Below, one piece after another: positions 40,390-52,561 of a stretch of 64,000 nucleotides of DNA. The stretch is from Orbicella franksi (Eukaryota): contig OZ116698.1 in NCBI GenBank assembly GCA_964199315.1, positions 7,750,001 through 7,814,000 on the forward strand, in the 5' to 3' direction. A program made the position numbers and the translations under genes. The notes beneath the pieces were generated by a model. It ran no database searches, was not told where the DNA came from, and was given only the letters and a program-made list of their open reading frames with translations. Position 1 is the first letter of the stretch, and each line of letters opens with the position of its first letter.

Positions 40390-40992
40390 AATGTTTATTA
40401 AATATATAATTTACTACCACACATACATGTTATACAGCTTAAGACTCGAAAGCGAAAGACTCGAGTTACACGAATTATTGGGCAATCACGAATCACCAGT
40501 GAGAAGCAAGAAACGAAAGGTAAGTCAACAACGAGAGACGACAAAGATGACATGAGAAACAAGACACGAGAGAGAGAGAGAGACGGAAAGATAGCTTGCT
40601 TTTTACCAAAGCAATGAAACTGATTTCAGACTGGAATATTTATTAGTCTTATGCATACACGTACTCGGCACTAAGTTTGAACGGGTCTCTTGAAGCAGCC
40701 ACATACGGTTTCTACTCTGATAAACTCTTTATATAATTTCCAATTCCAAATTAACTTCTGCTGACTTTATACACATGTCTAACTGTAGTTTACATTTCAG
40801 GAAGAGTGGTAGCCTTATAGCCAGCTCTTTGCACTTGATACATTATGTTTCTTATACAATCTACCAAACAAATAATAATTGACAAAAAAACATTAATCTG
40901 TATACATTGAAGGAACCTCTTCGGCAAATTGTGTTAGCTCTGTAACAAATCTCGTCTTTGTCCGATGAATTTTCTTCACGGCGTGTCGTAAT

Positions 40993-43900
40993 CTACAGGT
41001 CATCATACGAAACAATTTCCCTCGCCTCCTGTGACTGAAGGCCTGCACTGTGCCCTCTAGAATCTGCAGAACACAAAATAACATCCTCTATGGCTTAAAT
41101 ATAACACTTTACACTCCTCACATTACAAAGCAGGAAGCCTCAACAGTTGAATACAGGTCTGAAGAAAATAACTGTAACTTGTAATAAATATAATCTATGG
41201 TAAAAAGTCTTCTTAAGACTTGTTATGTCTCTGAGGGATGCAAAAAAAGGCAACTAAGCCCTAGGGATCTTGTCGGTTATCTGAAGTCGTTAATTCACTC
41301 CCTGGGCAAATTCAGTATTTTTATACCTTTTTTTAAGTCAGATAAACTTGTCTTTTTCAGTTTTTATACCGCCCAACAGCATTCAATCAAACCTAGTTGT
41401 AAAACTAGCCAAACAGTGACAAAGGCAACGAAGATTTCGCTCAACGGGTAATGCAGTTCTTTGTCGTCCCTGGTCCAGTGCATATCAACAACGTGAAATG
41501 ACCAAAATGTCAGATCATCCGACAGACTGATTTTATGTAATTTTAGTTTTTAATTATGTCAATGTGAAATAACTCCTTACCTCTACTTCCTAATCCGGGT
41601 CTTCGATGATGCCCTTGTGTATCTCCCATGTTTGGTTGTCTTCTTGAAAGAGCCACTTTGATATGCACACCAAGAACCAGCATGCCGTTCATCTGACAGT
41701 GACACAGAAGCACATAAATCAACACTTCTATATGTAGCTGTGCTTATTCCTCCACCCCCCTCCCCCGCCCCTTCCGACAGAGCAAAACTTATCCCGATGA
41801 CCTAGTCTTTAGCTAAACACTTTACTCTCGCAGTGTCTCTCTCCACCCTGCTGTATAAATGGGTATTACGTGGGGTAACCATGCGATGGACTAGCATCCC
41901 ATCCAGGGAGAGAGTAGAAATAATCCTAGTTGCTTCATGCTACAGGAATATGAAATAAGCACCAGCCTGATGGGCCACTTGGCTTGTATGCAGACTTTAC
42001 TCACATTATGTGAATGGGTCTTTCTGGTCAATGAAAAAAAAAAAACAATTTAAATCTTTTGTCTCGTTTGCTCGTTGAATATTTTCTTTATTAAAAATTA
42101 CTCTAGGTAGCTTTATAATTCTCTTTTTAAATGCACTACATCTTCTAGTTTCATTTCAGGCAGGTACTAGAAAGTACCAGTGTATGAAGTGCAATTGCAA
42201 TTTACGTTCCATTTACCTCATCAATTGCTTTTTCCGCTGCTTCACAGGAATCAAACATTACAAAGCCTTGGCTAAGGAAAAAAAACAGTGATCAACTATC
42301 AGTTTCTCCCCACAAATTAGTACATTTACCTTTTCAGGAACAAAGGTGAATAAAATAAAAACATTTCTAAGCAAGAAGACATAGTCTTTTTGACGCACTG
42401 CCAAATTCTCACACCTTGCAATAAATAGTAACAATCTAATGTAGTCAATGAGAATTTTTATTTTGAGATTGGTAGTTAAGCCAGTGTAAAACCACTATTA
42501 CCTTTGTGAGTTAATTACTATTGAAATAAATTAATTTACCTCTTGTCCTTTTCAAAGTTGACTTTTTGCACTTTACCTGCAATACATGAATGAAATGCTA
42601 GCAAAATCAAACTTTGAATGCTTATTTTAAAGTAACAGAAATAAACTTTGGTTCTCCTAAACATGACGCTTTTTCAGAAAGGATCAACTTTGATACACTT
42701 TTCAGAGCTGGCAGATGCTTTCCAGCCATATTAACATAAAAAGGCATACCCTTTCCGTATGGTCCATCTATGAACTCACCATATTTAGTAAATGATTCCT
42801 GAAGGATTTTTTCTGTTAGTCCAAAACCTTTTACATAGATGGTGTTACCCTAGGGGAAACAAAATATTTTATTGTTAGTTCTTTTTTCATTATTGAAATG
42901 AGATATGCAGGCAGTCATTATGTAGTAAAAGCATGTGTTCCATAGTTTTTTTCCTCTCTTTTCCCAGTCCGAAATAGGACAGAAAGAATACATAAACAAG
43001 TGCAGAATTGTATTTTACAATAAACAAACAATGTACCTTTCTTGGTTCTTCAGACCAACTTCTTCTACTAGACCCTTGCCCTAAAGTTGGAAGTAACAAT
43101 TTTTCAATAAATGTTTTCACCTTGTATGAAACTTTTTGTTAATAAGTTTAATTTGCGCTTTTTGAAAATAAACTCTATAATAAAAATGTTTGCGTGCAGA
43201 CAAGTCAACACATCTACTTTTTAGATTTACCAATGGTGAGAGTAATTCCAGTTAAGCGCATTTTGCCCTTTATTATTGAATGGTTTTAAACTCTATCATC
43301 AAGGACTCATTGATTACAGATAGTCAGGCAGACGAGCAGGCAGACAGCAGGCCAACAGACTGGCAAATAGACAAGCAGGAGGGTGGGAAGGTAGACTAAC
43401 AGACAGATGGATCATTGGACGGACGGACAGACGGACGGACAGATGGACCGACTGACTGACTGAAGGAAGGAAGGATAATTTAGGATAGATTGATGTGCAG
43501 ATGAACAAATTTGAAACATCACAGAAAGATACTTCATACCTTCAGAAAAGCGTCTGTTCTGTGTAGCTGAGGAGGGTACAAAACTAAAAATAAAAACAAG
43601 ATACAAAAACAAAACATAAATACTCACAACAGTTGAACCTAAATGACTAAATAATCTTACAGTAGTATTGTAGAATGATGTTTCTAAACAGTTTGTCATT
43701 GGCAATGGAATAGAAATTATTAGCTTCACGGCACTGTAAGGTCTGTAGTCACAATTACAAAATTTTACTCTTTTATAAAATAGATGCCAAAAGTTCAATG
43801 AAATCCCCTTGCCTTTCATATAGATTCTTCATTGCTGCAGCACGAGCCTGGAATGACAACAAAACACTGTTTATTCCCTTTACCTTGTACTCCAAGATCT

Positions 43901-46571
43901 TAGTAAATAATCTATTTTCATTGAAATGAAATGTTCTTTACATAATTTATGATAGACAGTTGTAAAATAATGAATAAATTATAATTATTAATCATTCAGT
44001 AGCCTTATAGTGCTTTACCTGCTGCTCATTTCTGTTTGATGGCAGTTGCTGCTGAAACTCCTGCAGTGAACAAAAGTATATTAATTTATACACTAGTGAA
44101 ATACAACCTAATCAAGATATTGTATTAAACAATCTCCAGGCAGAACATTCAGAAGGATGCCTAAAGTTAGGAAATTGAGAGATAATGAATTATGGCAACA
44201 GCAATAATAACACAACTACAAGTGAATTTATTTTAATTAATAAATTAAACTCGAAAACTGAAAATATTTTTACAAGTTCTTCCCACCAGATTCAATTACA
44301 ACAACAACAACAACTTATCTATTACTCACACATTTACAATTTTACAAAAATATAATTATACACTTTACACTAAACACTTTATTATTAAAAATAATTAAGT
44401 TAAAAAAAAAAACTTGACTATGACAACAGTGTGAACCTGCAGGCAGTCTAGGCTAATCTAGATGGGCCACATCTTATCTGATTGATACTACACCTCAGAG
44501 CTATGACTAACTAGAGAAAAGCTAAATGATGGGTAGAAATTAATCAGGCACTAAATTTAAGAATTTGAGTCAGGGTGTTGACTTCAACATAGTAATCCCT
44601 ATCTTAAAGAGTCTCAAATAAAAATCTGCGAATTTGTTTCTTAAAGCTTGGTTAAGATATATCTCCCCAGCCAGGAGAAATTTGATTCAATCCATAATTT
44701 TGCTCCAGTTCTCGCAAAAGAGCATTTGAAAATTTCCAACTTAACTTCTTTCCGAAGATAATTTCCTTTTGCGGCATGCCTTGTGCTGTACCCATGAATT
44801 TCATTTGATTCAATATTTAACTGTCATATACACGCTCCTGACAGTTTGATACAGCATCATAATCACCTGAAGGAAATATCCTATTTACCTTCATGTAGCT
44901 TGCTAAATCTTCTTTATCCCTCCCCCTTTTTACAGACTCTTGAGCTTTTTGATTCAGCATAAAGTATTTATCTAATTTAAATCAAACAATGTTTTGTAAC
45001 CAATCAAATTTTAGATCAATACAATTATTTAATATTTACATAACTACAGTGGAATTCTGTGCAAGTAATATTTAATATCTGAATCATGTTACTAATTAAT
45101 AGTGATAATGAGGTTGATGAGAACTACTGCCAGTGAAGTCATTAATAGAACTAGCAACATGATAAACAAAATAGTGCTAATTATGTGATAAAGTACCTTA
45201 GGTCTTCTTTCTCCACCTTTTGCCCTTTTAAATTCCCTATGGACAGGATCTTTTTTAATCTTTACTTCCTACAGACAAAACATGAGCGTTGTAATTATTC
45301 CCAAGAAGCAAGAACCTTTTAACACGAAAATTTCAGTAGTAAGATCATGAGAAATCCAAGGGGGGGCACCATAACTTACATCTACAATGTTAAACAGTAG
45401 CAACTTGCTATACAAATCAAACTGGCTATCCATGTGGGAGGCATGATGGTAGATTAATGATCAATTCAGTAGATTCTAGGACCTTCATAGTGTAATTCAA
45501 AATAATACCATCAGCAGCAATTTAAAGGAACTAACTCAGGGTTTGTGCATCTTGAAAAGTTTGGCCTAAATGTTTCAAGTTCCTTGTTTATAATCCATGT
45601 TAAATTTCCCTATCCTTGCTCCATTATGGTTTATTAATATCTCTTTGGTGCTTTCCTTTCTTGGTTAACTATTATTTTCAGTTTTCCTTCAATTTAAAGA
45701 TAATTTTGTTTTTGGCCAAAATAACGGTAACTCAAAATACCGTGACTTAGCTTGGTATCATGGCAGAGATTTTGTGTGGGGTCATTAAAAGTCTGAACAC
45801 TGTTAACAGTTACAACATTCAGAGCAACTGCAGAGTACCCGGCCACTTCATTCACATGTGTCGGTGTGCTTTGAAGAATGAGGTATATAACAATAGTTGC
45901 TATTCTTATTCAATAAGATGCAAATATGTGGCCATGTATTCTGCAATTTAGCCCAACATTCAATATTGCATACCCCTGAAGCAATTAGCTTCTTAGCAAT
46001 CTCTTTAGCATCTTCAGGAGCATGGGAAATTTCTGCTGGAGCATCTGAAGAAAATATTTTACACATGTTAACTTTCAGTTTATGGAACCCAAGTCCAGCT
46101 CTCACATCTGACAACATGAGTACCACCCTTTTTTGCGAGTCTGGGGGCATCATGCTCCCTTGAAAAATTCACAAGTATACAGTCAAGCCTCTCCACAATA
46201 GCCACCTTGAAGATAGAGGAAAGTGGCTGTTGTAGAAAGTATGACGGCTTGTAACCAATTAAATGTGTTTATGTGTAATATTGTTGTTGCTAAACAATCT
46301 TTGCCTTTAATGCTGGCTTCGTCACTGACCCCGCTTTGTTCCTGTCTTGACGACAACTGGAGTTTCAGTCTTTTCCTTCGACTTTTGAAGCGCCTTCTTC
46401 TGTAATAACAAGACAGAAAATACACTGTCTAGCAAATGTAATGTGGTAGAGAAAAGTACAGAATAAATCTATACAACAGCAAGAAATTAAACCGAGGTCT
46501 ACCTTTTTCTTCAACTGAGCAAACTTCTTAAGAAGGTATTCTTCCTCCGGGGTTAGATTAGGTAAGCCCAT
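40993..46571 (-). CDS. NELFE: Negative elongation factor E (RRM protein, about 263 aa)
   Basis: Exons 46571-46503 (LTPEEEYLLKKFAQLKKK), 46399-46330, 46044-45974 (AKEIAKKLIASG), 45268-45197 (FKRAK), 44060-44019, 43847-43813 and 43583-43540 (KNLYESFV), 43080-43037, 42849-42780 (RRM start GNTIYVKG), 42576-42540, 42271-42217, 41692-41581 (IKVALSRRQP), 41063-40993 (REIVSYDDL*). The middle small exons are less certain. Confidence 0.88.
41800..42002 (+). mobile_element. SINE 3' body with V-domain-like core
   Basis: ACACTTTACTCTCGCAGTG..GTATAAATGGGTA..GCGATGGACTAGCATCCCATCCAGGG..GCAGACTTTAC. Family recognised from memory. Confidence 0.6.
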
Positions 46572-46756
46572 GGGTCGTCTCTATTGTTTCAGAAAATCAA
46601 CAAAACTTCACAGAAATCGTAAAATCCGCCATGATTATTCGTCCGATGATTCTTCCACCATCTTGGCTTACGGGATGCATGTGAGTCTTCGTTAGCACCA
46701 CACAGCGGACACTCATTCACTTCCTGCTTCCTCCAGAAGCTCGACTTAATTTCATT
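46572..46756. promoter_or_regulatory. Compact bidirectional promoter between NELFE and BCL10a
   Basis: 185 bp between divergent start codons, CpG-containing. ETS-like CACTTCCTG at 46718-46726; YY1-like CCATCTT at 46658-46664. Confidence 0.6.
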
Positions 46757-48938
46757 ATGGCTGCGAACCAATCTGAAGTATACTGGTCTTTAAAAAATGA
46801 AGTTTTAATCGAGCTCAGAGACCTGTTGGTTGATAAACTAGAATATGAAAAGACCTTGAGTTATCTGCGATCCAAGAGGGTGATCGATAGGCGCGACGAG
46901 GAAGATATAAAAGCCGAAAGAACACGAACGAGGAGCAGAGAAAAAATGTTGGATATTTTAAGTGACAAGGGCCCCACGGCTTTCGACCATTTCTGCCATG
47001 CAATAAGAGAGAGATGCACGAATCAACAATACTTGCTGGACAAAATCCTTACCTCATTCGAAAAAAAGAAGCAAGAACGAAGTAAGCACGCTTACATAAT
47101 TATAAGAAGTGCTGAATAGACTATTTAAGCTTAAAATAAGCTTAAGCTTAAGTTAAAACTTATTTTTAGAATACGTGTCACTGATTGTGATTGGGCTTTT
47201 GTCGTAAGCTTGTGTGTCCCTTTCCCAATCACGTTAGATGAGGAAATAGTCTGGTGCAGATCTTGAGGAAAACTAAAATTGATGGCAAGCTTTTTATTTG
47301 GGCAATTTCCGGCTGTCCAGTTTTAAGTTTCAGTTTGAAAGGGACTGTCAATCAATTCACGAGTTAGGGGGTTCGAATTCAAAAACCAATGGGGGGTATA
47401 ACTACATTTTGTAACAACAAGTTCATCCCAGGAATGCTCAACTAAAGACAATATGCAAGAAAAGCAGCCTCCCAATAATTTCCTTAATGATGTTCCATTG
47501 AAGTCCATTGACAGATGCATCATAAGTCAGAGCAGACATAATTTCTCAATTAAACCGTTATGGTGCTTTTCAGTAACACCCGACCTCAGAAATTGAAAAC
47601 CTAACTAACAACTACATCTTTTGCTGCTGCTGACTGCATAATAATGATGGCACTCAATGAACCTTGAAAAGAAGAAACAAACAAAAATGATCAAAATCAA
47701 CGTGTATCAGTCACAACCCTCAAACGTGAGCTTTTGAACCTTTTGCCATGAACATCTGTTTTCTGAGAGGTCCAACATGGTTGACAGCAGCAAAAAATGC
47801 AACCATTGTTTGAGCAGAGTTCACGTATGATTGACAGGCATGGTGAAGGTGTGACACATTTCTTTGTTAGTACCATATCTATAGGGAGTTCCACAGTTGC
47901 AGTTCTCGTAACTAAAATCCTTGGAACATTTTTATTGACAGTTCTTAAAGAACTACCACCAGCTAGCTTACACAGAAACATTTCCAGTCCATCAGAGGAT
48001 TCAAAGCTTGTTGTCATGGTAACTGGTGTGACTGATTTAGATAATTTACCCAGTCCAGGTGATCCTGGAGCTCCAATGCCACCAGATGAAGTGGATGCTG
48101 AGACAGGACACCATAGACCTCAAAGTAATTGAATGTATAACTATTTAATAATAGTTAAGAAGTAGGAAATGGTATGCATCTTTTGAAGCCTTATACAAAC
48201 AGGAAAGAAAAGTTGGGATATTATATTGTAAAGACATGCTTGACCATTGCAGTTTAAAACACACAACTTGATAAGCAGCGGTGAAATAGCTTGGAAAACA
48301 ACAACAACAACAACAAAAAAAAAAGGTGCAGTGCCCTACCAACTGAGTCATCAAGCCAACTGGGACCTGGTCACCTTGTGAGTTTGTAACATACCCATAG
48401 ATGGTAAAATTTATAATGCAAACCTGAGGTTTCCATATTGTATTTTCAAACTCCCCATACCTTCTTGAATGCTTCATCAGGTGATGTACGTAATAAACTG
48501 CCATGTTTTTCCCTTTCATATAGCACAACCAACAAATTTTAATGATACGTCACAACTGTTTTACACAGCCTCATCGTGCCATTTTAATGACTGCACAATC
48601 AATAAGAATGTGAATTTTAAATTGTGATCAAAATTTTGTAATAATTTCTGTTAGAATGAAAAGCCTTTAATTCCCAAGAGTGCGTGATCAACATTTCAGT
48701 CAGATCAATTGCCAGTTGAATTTGAGAATGCAATGTTTCCATCAGACTGCATAAGCATGTACAGTACACTAACCCTCTTATATTTCTTAATTAAATATTA
48801 CTAATAGCAGTTTTGTTCTTTGTGAACTTTTTTTCTGATGTTTTTAATCCTTGTGTTTCAGCTCATCAGGCCAATTCAGCACCAAACACTCCACCACCAT
48901 CATACTCATCAGATTTACCACCACCCTACACTGAGTGA
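46757..48938 (+). CDS. BCL10: BCL10-like CARD adaptor, copy a (about 194 aa)
   Basis: Exons 46757-47081 (CARD: YLRSKRVIDRRDEEDI..LLDKI, compare human HLRAKKILSREDTEEI), 47942-48124 (LPSPGDPGAPMPPD, compare human LPRPGDPGAPPLPPD), 48862-48938 (PPPSY..LPPPYTE*). Splice sites are canonical and phases consistent. Confidence 0.88.
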
Positions 48939-49545
48939 AAAGTATTTACAAAAAGCAGAATTATATTATTACTCAGTGTACAGAAGTTTATAGTAGGTGG
49001 TAAAGATATCTATGCCATTCATTTGTGGTGACAGTGGCTTAAATACCTTTATAAATGTAAATAACTATGTTTCTTTAGCATTTTTATATTTCCTTAAAAT
49101 ATTCTGGTATGCATGGTTTAAAGGAATATTTCCACATGCAGATAATGTCTTGTTCCAGAATTATGGCAAGGATAGGGAGGAGAAAGAACTCAAAGTAGCC
49201 TACATTATATAGAACTATAAAACAAAATCTTTATTTACACAGTGTCCATTTCACATTAGTTTGCTTTTCTAATAATTAGAGCCATACAAATTGCTAATTG
49301 TATTTCAAAGTGTATTACTAAACCCCTTCCTTGACCTCCCCAGCCCCTAAAAAAGTTATCAATCCAATGAAGGCAAGTATTGAAATGATATCCCTTACAG
49401 AAAAAAAAGTTATGTCATCTCCCCCTTGGCCACTCAAGAAATATTTTAAGAAAATTAATTACTGTTTCATGTAAATTACCGGTATAACTAATTAATTATG
49501 GCCCATAGTTAGTAATCAAATGCTATTCATGGCAATTAATGAATA

Positions 49546-49691
49546 GGCCCCAGTTGTTTGAAGGCTGGATGATGCTATCCAGCAGATAAATTACTATCCA
49601 GGGAAAAGTGTCGACAAAACAAGCCACCCTTTCCACTGGATAGTGATTTATCCACTGAATAGCATTATCTACCTTTCAACCAACCTGAGCC
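49546..49691. mobile_element. MITE present in both duplication units (paralogue at 56404-56545)
   Basis: GG(C/T)CCCAGTTGTT...AACAACCTGAGCC termini with internal TATCCA/TGGATA repeats. Confidence 0.7.
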
Positions 49692-49939
49692 TGAACTATA
49701 TATGAGGCACTGTGATTACGAGAGGACACTGTTCATGCATAAGACGATGAACAAGAAGATTTAGAAAGAAGAGAATGAATTTACAGTCATCATCAGATCC
49801 GCTTCTCGATAAGGAAAGCTGATCCAGAAATTTTACTTCTCCAAGACACTCTGTCAGTTGCAACCAGCCCTGCCTCTACCCAAGAACAGTAGTCCATTGT
49901 CATTCGTAATCCATCGTAGTATTGTAAATTCCTCAATTA

Positions 49940-50246
49940 GTTAACAAATAAAGAAGCCTAAGCTGTGTATTGTACTGTGATAAAACACGATGGGCATTTT
50001 AGAACACAAGAGAAATGTAGAAAACACCAGCTGCAGGCGAGTGTTTTCTACATTTCTCTAGTGTTCTCAAATGTCTGGTGTGTTTTATCACAGTGTAATA
50101 CACGGCTCAGGCTTCTTCATTTGCTTAATGATATAGAGGTAATGTGGCAAAAAAACAATAAAACATGCTTTTCTATGCTTTATACTAAGATAAAACATGG
50201 GTTTTTGACCAATCAGAGTGTGCACAGGGTCCTATCTATATTATAA
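49940..50246 (+). repeat. Non-autonomous element with long 5' palindrome, unit 1 only
   Basis: AAGAAGCCT..GTGATAAAACAC is mirrored by GTGTTTTATCAC..AGGCTTCTT (49952-50118). Confidence 0.65.
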
Positions 50247-50525
50247 AGGAATTTACAATACTATGATGAAAAAGATAAAATTATATACATAAGAAATATC
50301 TTTCTTACTTTTGTGATTTTTAATTGTACAGTTATTGAAAACTGAAGACAAACATTTATTTATTTTAACAGCACAACTGTGGAATACTTGAAAAGTTGAA
50401 TACATATACATTTTTTGCTTTTAATGTAAACATTGAAATGGAAATTGTAAGATAAGTATTTCAAAGTTCTACAGTTCAGAAAACAGTTGTTGTTTAAACT
50501 TTGAATGTGCTAAGTAATTTAAAAT

Positions 50526-50750
50526 GAGGGCCTCCCAGAGGGGTAGCATGTTCCCTTGATCATTATAAAATTTCACTGTTTCCCCCTTGTTTCCTGTTAA
50601 TAAATTTCATTATTCTGTATTTTTTTTTGTCAAAGTTCCCTTAAATAGTAAAGCTATCCCCATTTCTCCCTAAACAATCCAAAAATATTCCTCATTCCCT
50701 TGAAATAAATGATCACATTCCCTTGTTCCCTCCTAGCGCAGGAGGCCCTC
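50526..50750. mobile_element. MITE; truncated paralogue at ~56966-57060
   Basis: TIR GAGGGCCTCC...GGAGGCCCTC. Confidence 0.65.
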
Positions 50751-51600
50751 AAAAATTACAGTTGTACATTTTTCTTATTGATACAAGCAAATTAAAAACA
50801 ATAAACAATGGAAAGTAATTACTGAGCACTGGGTGAAATATTTTACTTTCTTTACAAAATTATGAAAAGAGTGCCAGCAGCATATTCAAAAGTACAATTA
50901 AATTACACTTGTAGTTAATTTTAATGGCATCTTAGTGTTAAAAAACATCCATAGAATATTCAGTCTCTGATTAAGTTGGCTCCCTATAGTTTTACAATTG
51001 CACGCACACTGAGGACGAAAGCTCATTAGACAAGTAATCTGCACGTCCTTGAAGTAAAACATCAGTATTTTTCAATATTTTATGATGTCAACATGAGCAC
51101 AAAAAGCAAAAGTGACAGTGAATTTTCTCGCATTCCCTTCGGTGAAATTCTGTAAAATTTGGCAGACTGGTAGTAAATATTTTACTTTAGTCAGAGCTCA
51201 TTTTTCAGGGAAATTTATAAGACCAGTTTTTTTGCAGGGGTAAAAGACAAACATTGGCAAAAATCGAAAAAACAGCCAGTACAAACCCTCCTTTTTTCGT
51301 GTTTAAAATTCGTATCGCGCAGAATGCGATGTGCTGTGAAAATGTTGGAAGACGTCACCAAAGGAAATTCAAGAAAATCACAAGTAAAGCTATTAAAAAA
51401 AAAGTAAAAAACACATTTGCTTGGGCATTTATAATTCAAGACTACAAACCAAAATTTCAACAGAGATGATAGCAAAATACTATCTTATCATTTCTTCTTA
51501 CATGTAATACGTTTGAGAGGACTGGATGTAAAAACAAATGCAAAAACAGCATTCAAAACATAACACTTAGGCGTGCAACACCATAAATTTAAATGATTCA

Positions 51601-52032
51601 CCCCCCCAGGGAGGAAGGGTACTTCCAGAAAAATTGAGTGGGGGTGTGCGGCCCGCTTCCCAAAACCCTTACCCTATTTATGACCGAAATCTGCAATATT
51701 CCCTACCCTATTTATGACCTGACCCTTAAATCAAAACCCTGTTTCAGACCTGCGTTATGACTGGTTCCCAAGTTCAGACCAATGTTAAGTTACCATAAAC
51801 ATAATTTGTGAAGGGCTTTTGTTGTTTTTCTTTTCGATAATGATGAAAAAGTGACTTCCTAAAAACTTACCCATATGAAGGCTAGAGTACAAAAAGCATA
51901 CCCTATTTATGACCAAAATCAGCTAAAATCTATACCCTATTTATGACCAAAGCGGCTGAAAAATCATACCCTTTGGGGCCGCACATACCTATATAGCCCA
52001 TATAAGGGAGTAACTCCCCTCCCTCCCGGGGG
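51601..52032. mobile_element. Non-autonomous DNA element, unit 1 only
   Basis: CCC...GGG ends flanked by repeated GATTCACCC; internal ACCCTATTTATGACC repeated four times; absent from unit 2. Confidence 0.65.
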
Positions 52033-52327
52033 ATTCACCCTTTCTACAAACTTAGACGTCCAAATAATTGTTTTACTGATGCACTAGATGTGCCGAGGAG
52101 TGTGCAGGTTTATTATCATGCATTTGCTGAATTTTGACTTAAGCAACCTGCAAACTACAGATAAATTATCATTTTTATTTAAATTATGTAATTTGATTTC
52201 TTCCCATGTACAAGTAAGTCTTATGTGGTTCAAGTAAGATCAGCTTGTAAACAGTTGAATGTGTATGTTTATGATGCGGTTCTGTTTCTGAACAATCTAA
52301 GCCTATAACGCTCGCTTCATCACTGAC

Positions 52328-52561
52328 CCCGCTTTATTCCTGTCTTAACGACAACCTGAGTTTCAATCTTTTCTTTCGCCTTTTGAAGCGCTTTCTTCTA
52401 CAATAACAGGACAGAAACATACACTAGCAAATCCAATGTGGTAGAGAAAAGTAGAGAATAAATCTTCATAACAACAACAAACCGAGGTTTACCTTTTCCT
52501 TTAACAAAGCAAACTATTCAAGAAGGTATTCTTCCTCCGGGGTTAGATTAGGTAAGCCCAT
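52328..52561 (-). pseudogene. NELFE: Truncated NELFE duplicate (exons 1-2 only)
   Basis: Reads MGLPNLTPEEEYLLE*FALLKEK with an in-frame TAG at codon 16, then an exon-2 copy KKALQKAKEKIETQVVVKTGIKR. No further exons; homology ends in intron 2. Confidence 0.9.

Noticed and set aside
43320-43470. CRISPR-like or coding repeat (also 19075-19175 and 18463-18520)
   Set aside because: Simple tetranucleotide microsatellites without spacers. The ORFs across them are low-complexity artefacts, and the DNA is eukaryotic.
44889-44971. Extra NELFE exon with good-looking splice sites
   Set aside because: In the required phase 0 it has a stop codon; flanking exons join in frame without it.
46045-46158. Longer NELFE exon 3 using an upstream acceptor
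   Set aside because: In frame, but has no NELFE similarity and looks intronic. Cannot be excluded without RNA data.
47697-48017. Minus-strand ORFs (also 54631-54987) and the upstream in-frame extension MQPLFEQSS.. of BCL10 exon 2
   Set aside because: They overlap a real exon. Openness in both copies is explained by the duplication, and a strong phase-1 acceptor at 47941/54815 fits exon 1.
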